A DNA stretch of 64,000 nt, taken from positions 4,928,001 through 4,992,000 of the forward strand of contig OY969763.1 of NCBI GenBank assembly GCA_963702845.1, in the 5' to 3' direction. The translations under genes were made by a program, and so were the position numbers. Below are positions 17,610 through 26,619 of the stretch, piece by piece (within the stretch, counting starts at the first letter, position 1; every line of letters starts with the position of its first letter). The stretch is from an uncultured Verrucomicrobiae bacterium. GTDB taxonomy: Bacteria > Verrucomicrobiota > Verrucomicrobiia > Limisphaerales > Palsa-1400. Below the pieces are notes generated by a model that worked only from the letters and a program-made list of their open reading frames with translations, made no database searches and was not told where the DNA came from.

Positions 17610-20479
17610 TGTTCCAATTCACCCATCCACTTTGGCTGCTGGCGCTCCCGGTTGCGCTGCCCGTTGTGCTTTGGCTGGGTTGGAAATCGGACATGCAAAT
17701 TGGCGCGTGGCGGCATCGGACGGCGCTCGCGTTGCGCACGATCATCGTCGCGTTCGTCATCTTTGCGCTGGCCGGGTTGCAGTGGAAAAAGCCGCTCGAA
17801 GGCATGAACGTTTTCTATTTGCTCGATCGTTCGCAGAGCATTCCCGCACAGCAACTCGAACAAGCGCGCGCGATGGTGAACGCGCTGAGCAAAAATAAAA
17901 AGGCTGTCGACAAAGCGGGGGTGCTCGTGTTCGGCGCAGATGCGGCGATTGAATCTTCACCCGCGCTGCAGATTGATTTGCGCGAAGTCCAGGCGGTCAT
18001 CGGCAATGAACGCACGGATATCGGTGCTGCTATTCGACTCGGCACGGCCGCGTTTCCTGAAAACGGGCAACGCCGCTTGGTCCTCGTCTCCGATGGAAAC
18101 GAAAACATCGGCGACTCCATGGCGGCGATTTCCGCGGCGTTGCCGCTCGGGGTTTCGCTCGACGTCATTCCGATTGGGGCGACGCGGGGCAACGATGTTT
18201 CGATTCGCAAACTCGGCATCCCAGCCAGCGCCAAAAAAGGGCAGCCGTTTGATGTCAAAATTTTTGCTCAAGCCGACCGCGACCAACGCGCCACCATCCG
18301 GCTCATCCGCAATGAACAAGTCTTAGGCGAACAAAAAGTAGACCTGACGGCTGGTAAAAATCTTTTCACCTTCCCGCAAACTTTGAACGAACCGGGCTTC
18401 TACAGTTACCGCGTCGAGATCGATGCGCCGGGTGACACCCTCCCGCAAAACAATCGTGCCACGGCGTTCACCAGCGTCCGCGGCAACCCACGCGTGCTCG
18501 TCATCTCCAGTGCACCACAACAAGACGCTGACCTCGTGGCTGCGCTCAAGACCGGCGAACTCGAAATCAAAGTCTCGGACAAGTGCCCCAACAATCTCGC
18601 TGAGATGCAAAGTTACGACGCGATTTTCCTCAGCAACATGGGGGCGGGCGATATTGGCCGCGACTCGATGCAACTGCTCGAGAGCGCCGTGCGCGATTTC
18701 GGTGTGGGATTAATTTGCGTCGGCGGCGATCAGGCTTACGCCGCGGGCGGTTATCGAGGCACTCCACTCGAAGCCGCGCTGCCGGTGGACATGGAACTCA
18801 ACAGCAAAAAAGTTCTGCCCAGCGGTGCGATGGCCATTGTTTGTCACGCCACCGAATTTCCAAACGGTAACCAGTGGGCTCGCGATATTGCCTTCGCTGC
18901 ACTGGAAGCGCTCGGGCCACAGGATGAAATGGGAATCGTTTTGTGGGATGGCACGACTCATTGGCTGTTCGAGCTCAGCAAGGTCGGCGATAAAAAACAA
19001 ATGGGCCGGGAAATTGCCGGGATGAATCCCGGTGACATGGGCGATTTCCAGGCGCCAATGGAACAGGCCTATGCCGCGCTGAAAAAATCTACTGCCAATC
19101 TCAAACACATGGTCGTTTTCAGTGACGGGGATCCCGGCGGGCCGACTGATGCCCTTCTTCAAGACATTGTCAAAGATCGCATCACGATCAGCACGGTCAT
19201 GATTGGCGGTCACACCGCCCCGGACAAAATGGCCAAGATGGCGGACATCGGCCATGGCCAATTCTGGCCGGTCGATTCACCAGAAGACCTACCGCAAATT
19301 TTCATCAAGGAAGCCGCGATCATTTTGAAGTCGGCGATTTTCGAAGAGCCTTTCAAGCCGAAGATGCAACTCGTCAGCGAAACGGTGAAGGGCATCGGTG
19401 CCGACGAGTTTCCGCAATTGCGCGGTTACGTGTGCACGACGCCAAAAGGCCGCGCCGAAGTCCCGCTCGTCACGCACAAAGGCGACCCACTTTTGGCGCA
19501 GTGGCAATACGGCTTGGGCCGCGCCGTCGCTTTTACATCTGACGCCAAAGCCCGCTGGGCCAAAGATTGGCTCGCATGGGATAAATACCGTCAGTTCTGG
19601 TTGCAAATCGCGCAATGGAGTTTGCGGCGTGTCGAAGCCAGTGATTTCACAACCGAAGTTTCCGTCGACAAAGGTCAAGGGCACCTCACGGTTGAAGCCG
19701 TCGACGCAAAAGGCAACTACCGCAATTTCCTGAATCTTCAGGCGATGGTCGTCAGTCCCAAAGGCGATAAACAACTCACCCATCTCGAACAAACCGGCCC
19801 CGGCCATTACGAAGTAAAATTTCCGACGAAACAAGTCGGCTCATATTTGATGAACCTGACCGAAGGTCGCGGCGAAGATTCGCGCGGCCAAACCATCGGC
19901 CTCAGCGTCAACTACTCACCCGAATACGACGACGTGGAACCAAACTTAAACCTGTTACGCCGTCTCGCCGAAGCATCCGGCGGCAAAGTGCTCGATCCAC
20001 TCCTCGACAACCCATTCCTGCACGACCGCAAAAAAACGTTCCAACCGCAGGATCTCTGGGAGTGGCTCCTGAAATTCTCAATCATCCTGTTCGTTGTCGA
20101 CATCGCCATCCGCCGCATCCAACTCGATCAGGAGCAATGGCAACGCGTCACCGTCGCCATCCGTCGCTATGTTTTCTTCTGGAAAGGCGCGCCACGTCCG
20201 GCGCAGGCCGATGAATCTCTAGCGGCTCTGCTTAACCGACGCGATCACGTCCGCTCACAACGTCCCACGACGATTGCCACCCCTGCCCCAGACTTGTTCA
20301 CGCCACAAAATACTCCGGAACCAATCCAAACCGCACCTGTTGAAGAGCCCGCGCCGGAGACGCTTTCTGTTCCAAATCAGCCAGAACAATCGCCAGCGCC
20401 ACAGAAACCAGCGGAGTCAACAACCAGCCGGTTGCTCGACGCGAAACGTCGCGCCCGCGAACGCAACGAAGGAAAATAG
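17606..20479 (+). CDS. vWA domain + glutamine amidotransferase-like domain membrane protein
   Basis: N-terminal TMs, LLDRSQS MIDAS, LVLVSDGNEN, GLICVGG..YAAGGY..TPLEAALPV, second vWA (VVFSDG), WQYGLGRAVAFTSD; Pro-rich tail. Confidence 0.87.
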   Translation: MMFQFTHPLWLLALPVALPVVLWLGWKSDMQIGAWRHRTALALRTIIVAFVIFALAGLQWKKPLEGMNVFYLLDRSQSIPAQQLEQARAMVNALSKNKKAVDKAGVLVFGADAAIESSPALQIDLREVQAVIGNERTDIGAAIRLGTAAFPENGQRRLVLVSDGNENIGDSMAAISAALPLGVSLDVIPIGATRGNDVSIRKLGIPASAKKGQPFDVKIFAQADRDQRATIRLIRNEQVLGEQKVDLTAGKNLFTFPQTLNEPGFYSYRVEIDAPGDTLPQNNRATAFTSVRGNPRVLVISSAPQQDADLVAALKTGELEIKVSDKCPNNLAEMQSYDAIFLSNMGAGDIGRDSMQLLESAVRDFGVGLICVGGDQAYAAGGYRGTPLEAALPVDMELNSKKVLPSGAMAIVCHATEFPNGNQWARDIAFAALEALGPQDEMGIVLWDGTTHWLFELSKVGDKKQMGREIAGMNPGDMGDFQAPMEQAYAALKKSTANLKHMVVFSDGDPGGPTDALLQDIVKDRITISTVMIGGHTAPDKMAKMADIGHGQFWPVDSPEDLPQIFIKEAAIILKSAIFEEPFKPKMQLVSETVKGIGADEFPQLRGYVCTTPKGRAEVPLVTHKGDPLLAQWQYGLGRAVAFTSDAKARWAKDWLAWDKYRQFWLQIAQWSLRRVEASDFTTEVSVDKGQGHLTVEAVDAKGNYRNFLNLQAMVVSPKGDKQLTHLEQTGPGHYEVKFPTKQVGSYLMNLTEGRGEDSRGQTIGLSVNYSPEYDDVEPNLNLLRRLAEASGGKVLDPLLDNPFLHDRKKTFQPQDLWEWLLKFSIILFVVDIAIRRIQLDQEQWQRVTVAIRRYVFFWKGAPRPAQADESLAALLNRRDHVRSQRPTTIATPAPDLFTPQNTPEPIQTAPVEEPAPETLSVPNQPEQSPAPQKPAESTTSRLLDAKRRARERNEGK

Positions 20480-20565
20480 TAGAAATCAGGGAATGGGAAT
20501 TGCGATGGTACGCAGTTCTTCCGTTCCATTAGAAGGTGCGCAAATAATGCGCGCTTCGGCGTGGA

Positions 20566-20913
20566 TTACTGCGCTTGCGGAGATTCGGAATCTTCTTCCG
20601 TTTCTGGCGCACTGGCTTGGATCTGATCGGGAGACAGCTTGAGCACTGCCTCGCGCATTTCCTTGCCAGGTTTGAATTTCACCACCGCGCGTTGCGGGAT
20701 GGGAACATCGGTTTCAGGCCGGTTGGGGTTGCGTCCAATGCGCGCCTTGCGCACTTTGACTTCGAAGACGCCGAAGTTGCGCAGTTCCACTGTCTTACCC
20801 TGAGCCACGGCCTCAGAAATGTAATCAAGGGTCTTCTGCACCACATCGAGGACTTGTTGTTGAACAAGTCCTGTCTCTTCACTAATCCGGACTACCAGGT
20901 CGCGTTTTGTCAT
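20566..20913 (-). CDS. HU/IHF family DNA-binding protein
   Basis: MTKRDLV..VELRNFGVFEV..RIGRNP..VVKFKPGKEMR. Confidence 0.95.
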   Translation of the reverse strand: MTKRDLVVRISEETGLVQQQVLDVVQKTLDYISEAVAQGKTVELRNFGVFEVKVRKARIGRNPNRPETDVPIPQRAVVKFKPGKEMREAVLKLSPDQIQASAPETEEDSESPQAQ

Positions 20914-21022
20914 AGGCTTTTGCTCTTCTTGCAGTTGCCAATGGTTGCTTGAAGGGTCGGTTTACAGATGCTGTATAGTAATGTGTTACAACGGTCAAGC
21001 AGCGATTCTAATGACAATGCGG

Positions 21023-22234
21023 TCATTTTATTTGACTGTCCAAATATCCACCACCAAGAAACGATGCGGAAACTTGTCTGCTATATAATACAGCAGCTGC
21101 CGAATCTGCCATTTTACCTCGGAAAGGCACGGCAATGATATCGGCAAAAGAGCCCGGTCGGAGCTCCCCCGCTTCTCCGTCTAACCCCAGCGCGCGCGCT
21201 CCATTTTGGGTCGCCATGCGCAAAATTTGCACAGGAAAAACTTTCGGGTAAATGCGGGCGAACTGTTGCATTTCCGCAAACATATTTAGCCGAAGTTTCG
21301 TGCTCGCCATACTGTCTGTGCCCAAACAAATGTTCACACCAGCGCGCGCAAGCTGTTGATACGGAAAACGGCGATGACCGAAATACGCGTGACTGCCAGG
21401 ACAATGAACAACACTCGCGCCAGACTTCGCCAAAAGGTGCACGTCATCAGTCGTCAGATAGTTCGCATGCACCGCCAGAAACTTCGAAGTCAATAAACCC
21501 GCACGATGCACTGCCGCAAGCGGCGTCGCGCCGCCACAATCTGACATGTCGCGAAACTTCGACAACCATTCAAACAACTCGCCCTTTCTATCGCGATACA
21601 TCTGCAGCTCGTCTTCCGACTCAGCGACATGCATGGTGACGCGCACTTTCTTTGATCGTCCCGCCGTAAGCTTGAGTAATTGCGGAACAGTCGAATACAG
21701 CGCGTGCGGAGAAAGACCGGTGTAGTCTTTCGATGATTTGAGCTTCGTGATCTTCGCGATCGCGTCGCCGACTATCTGTTTCGGCGCCTGCCCGCTCGCC
21801 ACGCCCGTCATTTCCAGAAATGAGCAAATCCGCAACCGCGTCTGTCGCCACGCCCATGGCAACAGCTCTGACGCTGCCTCAACATCGCCCACCGTGGTCG
21901 TGCCCGTGTCTTCCAACATCCTCGCGCCGACCATCCATGATTTCCGATAATTATCAACGCTCCACTCATTCTTGCGGCGAATGATTTCGCGCACCCAGTC
22001 GGTGAAAGATTTTCCGCCGCGCCGAATTGCCAGATTCGTGTAATCCAAGTGACAATGGGCGTTCACCAGACCGGGTAGCAGAACAACCTCTCCCAAATCA
22101 GAAACTTTCTTACGCGTTGCTTTAAATTCCGACCACTTCCCAACGCGCACGATGCGGGTTCCCTTCACCCAAACCGCGCCATCCTCAATGGCCGGACTGG
22201 AGATCGGCATTACGATGCGCGCGCGTAAAATCAC
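21023..22234 (-). CDS. Metal-dependent amidohydrolase (MTA/SAH or aminodeoxyfutalosine deaminase-like)
   Basis: PGLVNAHCHLD, SPHALYS, MHVAES, AVHAN, HCPGS, LGTDS, GELRPGSFAD. Confidence 0.88.
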   Translation of the reverse strand: MILRARIVMPISSPAIEDGAVWVKGTRIVRVGKWSEFKATRKKVSDLGEVVLLPGLVNAHCHLDYTNLAIRRGGKSFTDWVREIIRRKNEWSVDNYRKSWMVGARMLEDTGTTTVGDVEAASELLPWAWRQTRLRICSFLEMTGVASGQAPKQIVGDAIAKITKLKSSKDYTGLSPHALYSTVPQLLKLTAGRSKKVRVTMHVAESEDELQMYRDRKGELFEWLSKFRDMSDCGGATPLAAVHRAGLLTSKFLAVHANYLTTDDVHLLAKSGASVVHCPGSHAYFGHRRFPYQQLARAGVNICLGTDSMASTKLRLNMFAEMQQFARIYPKVFPVQILRMATQNGARALGLDGEAGELRPGSFADIIAVPFRGKMADSAAAVLYSRQVSASFLGGGYLDSQIK

Positions 22235-22399
22235 GAGCCGATGCTAATCGGGAGAAACTTCGACGCGAACTATTTTGTGGTGCCGCTATGGGCTTTTCGC
22301 CCGATGCGTAACATGGCCTTGCGCTGATAGCTGTAAACTGAAGGATGCGCGTGGCAGGAATCGTGGTTGTGTTGTAAGATATCACAAGGAGTTTGGGGT

Positions 22400-23449
22400 A
22401 TGAAAAAATCGCGGGCTGAATCGCGGATTGATTGGGGAACACCGTTATTGATGGTTGGGCTCGGCATGGGGGCCATTGCCGCTGCTTCCTTGTGGCGCAA
22501 CCGTTATTCATTTTTCGATCGCACCGTTGTCATCACCGGCGGTTCACGCGGCCTCGGCCTGGTGCTGGCGCGCAAATTCGCACGTGAAGGCGCGAAGCTC
22601 GCTTTGCTCGCGCGCAACAAAATCGAGCTGATCGAAGCGGAGAACGAATTGCACAGCCGCGGCGCGCGCGTGTTTACGTTGGCGTGCAACGTCAAAGACC
22701 AGGACCAGGTCGCCGAAGCGATTGCACGCGTACGCGAGCACTACGGCCACATTGATGTGCTGATCAACAACGCCGGGATCATCCAAGTCGGCCCCCTTGA
22801 CCAAATGACAATTCAGGATTTTGAGGACGCGATGGATATCCACTTTTGGGGTCCGGTTTATACAACGATGGCTGCACTGCCGTGGCTGCGTTTGGTCAAC
22901 GGCGCTCGAATCGTGAACATCGCCTCCATCGGCGGAAAAATCGCTGTGCCGCACATGGCGCCTTACACCGCGAGCAAGTTCGCGATGGTCGGATTTTCAG
23001 ACGCATGTCGCGCGGAGCTTCGGAAAGAAAATATTATGGTTACGACCGTGTGCCCGTGCCCGTTGCGCACCGGTTCGCCACCGCACGCTCTCTATAAGGG
23101 TAATCACAAAAAAGAATACTCGTGGTTCCACGTCCTCGACTCACTTCCATTTGTGTCGATGAACGCCGAGCGTGCGGCGCGAAAAATCGTGATGGCCTGC
23201 CGGCAAGGTTCGGCGCGGTTGGTTTTGGGTGTGCATGCCAAAGCGGCGGCTGCGGCCAATGAACTCATGCCAGGCGTGAGCGCTAGCATCAGTTCCCTGA
23301 TAAATCGAGTGTTGCCGAACGCTCCGGAATTCGGAGGCAAACAATTGCATACCGGATGGGAAAGCGAAACAGCGTGGACACGTTCGTTCTTAACGCATTT
23401 AAGTTATCGCGCAGCAGTCGAGAACAACGAGTGCCATCATCATCATTAA
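22400..23449 (+). CDS. Short-chain dehydrogenase/reductase
   Basis: TGGSRGLG, NNAG, YTASK catalytic motif. Confidence 0.92.
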   Translation: MKKSRAESRIDWGTPLLMVGLGMGAIAAASLWRNRYSFFDRTVVITGGSRGLGLVLARKFAREGAKLALLARNKIELIEAENELHSRGARVFTLACNVKDQDQVAEAIARVREHYGHIDVLINNAGIIQVGPLDQMTIQDFEDAMDIHFWGPVYTTMAALPWLRLVNGARIVNIASIGGKIAVPHMAPYTASKFAMVGFSDACRAELRKENIMVTTVCPCPLRTGSPPHALYKGNHKKEYSWFHVLDSLPFVSMNAERAARKIVMACRQGSARLVLGVHAKAAAAANELMPGVSASISSLINRVLPNAPEFGGKQLHTGWESETAWTRSFLTHLSYRAAVENNECHHHH

Positions 23450-23471
23450 TCCCGGTAGCAGGCTGCTACAA

Positions 23472-24044
23472 TTAAAGATACATACCGGAGGTTTTTATCG
23501 CCTCCTCTACAACAGGCGAGACGAGGTTGCGGATGGGTAAACCTTTTTTCACACGTTCGCGAATTTCGGAAGAGGAAACGGCCAACGGAAATCCGCGCAG
23601 TGTTTTGCCATGGAACGGAGCGGGCAAATCCATCGGCTGCTGACCCGGACGCGGGATCACAACAAACTCCGTCAGCTTTGCCAGTTCGTTTGCTTCGCGC
23701 CACTTCGGCAACGTTGCGACGTTATCGGCGCCAATCAAATAGAACAGAGTAGCGTTCGGGAACCGCTGCAAATAATCCCGCACCGTATCGATGGAATAGG
23801 AAACACCGCCACGACGAATTTCCTGGTCATCGATCTCGGCCCACGCGCAACCCTGCAAGGCTAAGCGCAATAGACGCAATCGGTCATTAGCCGGTGAAGC
23901 ATGGCTCTGCGGTTTGAATGGCGAGTGCGCGGCGGGAATGAAGAAGATACGGTCAAGCTCGAGCTCTTCCCGGGCAGCTTGCGCGACGAGCAAATGCCCG
24001 AGATGCACCGGATCGAACGACCCGCCAAAAAGACCAATGTTCAT
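23472..24044 (-). CDS. nadD: Nicotinate-nucleotide adenylyltransferase
   Basis: FGGSFDPVHLGH, SYSIDT, LIGAD, VSSSEIRER. Confidence 0.95.
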   Translation of the reverse strand: MNIGLFGGSFDPVHLGHLLVAQAAREELELDRIFFIPAAHSPFKPQSHASPANDRLRLLRLALQGCAWAEIDDQEIRRGGVSYSIDTVRDYLQRFPNATLFYLIGADNVATLPKWREANELAKLTEFVVIPRPGQQPMDLPAPFHGKTLRGFPLAVSSSEIRERVKKGLPIRNLVSPVVEEAIKTSGMYL

Positions 24045-24075
24045 TTCTTTACGACCTTTGCGGTTAAATCAAAAA

Positions 24076-26352
24076 TCAACAGCACCGGTTAATACCATCA
24101 AACCGTTTCTCCGTCGCATGCACATATGCGTGATGTGGGCACTGCTTCTGCGCGCGTTCGACCGCCGCTTCACCCGACAACTCCTTCAGCAGTGCAAAGG
24201 CGAGTGCGATCATGCCGAACACGTGCAAGGGCCGCGATTCCACGATGGCGTAATCCGGCAACCAAACCGGCGCGCTTTCCTTGAGTCCGGCGCATTTCTT
24301 CTGCGCCAAAAGCAGGAGCCACTCGCGCAGGCTGAAAAACACAATCAACACGACCATGATGAGGAACGCTGCGGTGACGACCTCGTTAAGGATCCAATTG
24401 AAATGCAACGAGCGGTTATCGTGCAAAGCGCGCGTCGCGTGCTCAATCGCATTCGCGTCGGCGGATCTTGTGGCAAGGTCCAGCGCAGTTTGTAACTCCG
24501 GCAACTTTGTGTCGGTCAATCGCGCAGCGGCCTGGAATCCAATGGTTGGATCAGGATGAAACATTTTCTGCACGCCGGCGGTAAGCGTCACCGCGAGCAG
24601 CCACACGAGCGGAAGAAGCGTGACCAGAGCGATGATAGGTCGGCCCTTTTTGTTGGGCTGAAGTTGCATTTTTAGAAGGACCGTCGTCGCCAAACAAAGT
24701 GCAATCGCGGCGAGCAATTGGTTGGCGATACCGAACAGTGGCCAGAGCGAGTTAATCCCTCCTAGCGGGTCTTTAACGCCTTGGATGAGAAACTTGCCCC
24801 AGGCCGCCACCACTAGTGCGCTCGCGAAACACGCCGCGCTCAATCGTTTCGTTTCGCCAAGGGGTTTCCAAACGTGCCCAAGCAAATCCTGCAAAAGATA
24901 CCGACCCACGCGCGTGCCGGCATCGAGCGTCGTCAAAATAAACAAAGCCTCGAACATGATCGCGAAGTGATACCAGAGATCGAGCCAACGTCCGTTCACC
25001 ACCTTTGAAAAAATGTGCGCCATGCCGACGGCCAACGTCGCAGCTCCGCCGGTTCGGCCGAACAACGTGTTCTCGCCCAGCGTATGCGCGAGTTGCTGCA
25101 TCTGCGGTTCAGTAACAGGGAAGCCGAGTGCCGTCACTTTAGCGACCGTTGCAGCCGCTTCACCTTTGACGTTGATGCTGAAATAAACGCCGGGGTCGAG
25201 CGTGCATGCGGCAATCAATGCCATAATCGCAACCAGCGATTCCAAACACATCGCGCCATATCCAATCGGTCGCGAGTAACTTTCGCGCGTCATGATCTTC
25301 GGCGTTGTGCCGCTGGAAATCAGCGTGTGAAAACCGGAAATCGCACCGCACGCAATGGTGATGAAACAAAATGGAAATAATTTCCCAGCCACGACCGGTC
25401 CACCGCCGCTAACAAACCGTGTGACCGCATGCATCTTCAGTTCAGGCAGAACCAGAAAAATTCCGCACGCCAGTGCAGCAATCGTCCCGAGCTTCATGAA
25501 CGTGCTGAGATAATCACGTGGAGCGAGCAGCAGCCAAACCGGCAGAATGCTCGCAGCCAAGCCATAAATAATAATTGAGTAAGCCAACGTCAGTTGGTCG
25601 ATCTTCAGCGCCTTCGCGAGAGTCGGGTCCGTGTGAAAGAATTTGCCGCCCCACACCGCAAGCAACAGAAGAACGGCACCGATGGCCGACGCTTCCATGA
25701 CTTTGCCGACACGCCAGAATCGAAGATAAGTTCCCATCAGCAACGCGATCGGGATCGTTGCGCCAACAGTGAAGATTCCCCATGGACTGTCTGCCAGAGC
25801 TTTCACCACGACCAACGCCAACACCGCCAGAAGAATAATCATGATGGCAATGATGGCGAGCATCGCAACCGCACCCGCCGCATTGTTCATCTCTTCCTTA
25901 ACCATTTGCCCGAGCGACTTGCCGTCGCGCCGTAGCGAGCAGAACAAAATGACCATGTCCTGCACCGCGCCGCCCAGGACTACACCAATCAAAATCCACA
26001 AGGTCCCCGGCAAATAGCCAAATTGTGCCGCGAGAACGGGTCCAACCAAAGGACCGGGCCCCGAAATCGCTGCAAAATGGTGGCCGAAAACGATCCATCT
26101 GTTCGTTTTAACAAAGTCTTTCCCATCGTCGTGAACCTCGCAGGGTGTGGCGCGTCGGTCATTCAGCATCAGCACCTTTGCCGCAATCCACTTGGAATAG
26201 AACCGATAGCCACTCGCATAGCTGCAAAGCGCGGCGACCAATATATATATGGAGTTGATGTGCTCGCCCCGCTTGATGGCCAGCGTCAGATAAGCCCACG
26301 CGCCAAGCAAAGCGACAGCAATCCAGGCGACTTGTGCGAGCAGCTTTTTCAT
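24076..26352 (-). CDS. cstA: Carbon starvation protein A family transporter with C-terminal YbdD/YjiX-like extension
   Basis: FGHHFAAISGPGPLVGP, LLAPRDYLSTFMK, FITIACGAISGFH, LWPLFGIANQLLA; tail ends ..RFDGINRCC. Confidence 0.95.
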   Translation of the reverse strand: MKKLLAQVAWIAVALLGAWAYLTLAIKRGEHINSIYILVAALCSYASGYRFYSKWIAAKVLMLNDRRATPCEVHDDGKDFVKTNRWIVFGHHFAAISGPGPLVGPVLAAQFGYLPGTLWILIGVVLGGAVQDMVILFCSLRRDGKSLGQMVKEEMNNAAGAVAMLAIIAIMIILLAVLALVVVKALADSPWGIFTVGATIPIALLMGTYLRFWRVGKVMEASAIGAVLLLLAVWGGKFFHTDPTLAKALKIDQLTLAYSIIIYGLAASILPVWLLLAPRDYLSTFMKLGTIAALACGIFLVLPELKMHAVTRFVSGGGPVVAGKLFPFCFITIACGAISGFHTLISSGTTPKIMTRESYSRPIGYGAMCLESLVAIMALIAACTLDPGVYFSINVKGEAAATVAKVTALGFPVTEPQMQQLAHTLGENTLFGRTGGAATLAVGMAHIFSKVVNGRWLDLWYHFAIMFEALFILTTLDAGTRVGRYLLQDLLGHVWKPLGETKRLSAACFASALVVAAWGKFLIQGVKDPLGGINSLWPLFGIANQLLAAIALCLATTVLLKMQLQPNKKGRPIIALVTLLPLVWLLAVTLTAGVQKMFHPDPTIGFQAAARLTDTKLPELQTALDLATRSADANAIEHATRALHDNRSLHFNWILNEVVTAAFLIMVVLIVFFSLREWLLLLAQKKCAGLKESAPVWLPDYAIVESRPLHVFGMIALAFALLKELSGEAAVERAQKQCPHHAYVHATEKRFDGINRCC

Positions 26353-26619
26353 TGGCGGCTCAGAATAGGGCGCAAAACGGACACTTCCAAGTCTGCTGTA
26401 TCGACGTTTTTTTCACACCGACTTTGCCAGCTAATTCCCTACAGCATTAGAACCCTACAATTCAGCAACTTACGAATGACTAAAAGTCACCCAATTTTAG
26501 TTGATTTTGAATGCCGTCTGTCAAATCACCTTTGACATCGTTCACCGGATGGGCCACTTTCCCGCAACCCTGAGAAAAGCTCACGTGTTATATTAGGTGA
26601 GCTGGAGGCACAAAAAACG

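Noticed and set aside
24064..24078. Selenocysteine read-through of the cstA TGA after RCC
   Set aside because: The CC motif is already complete, a TAA follows after three codons, and no SECIS-like hairpin is evident.
26440..26540. IHF-like site (attcagcaactta) and tgtcaaa-tcacc-tttgaca palindrome between cstA and topB
   Set aside because: Plausible ordinary promoter elements; one mismatch to the IHF consensus and no way to assign a regulator.
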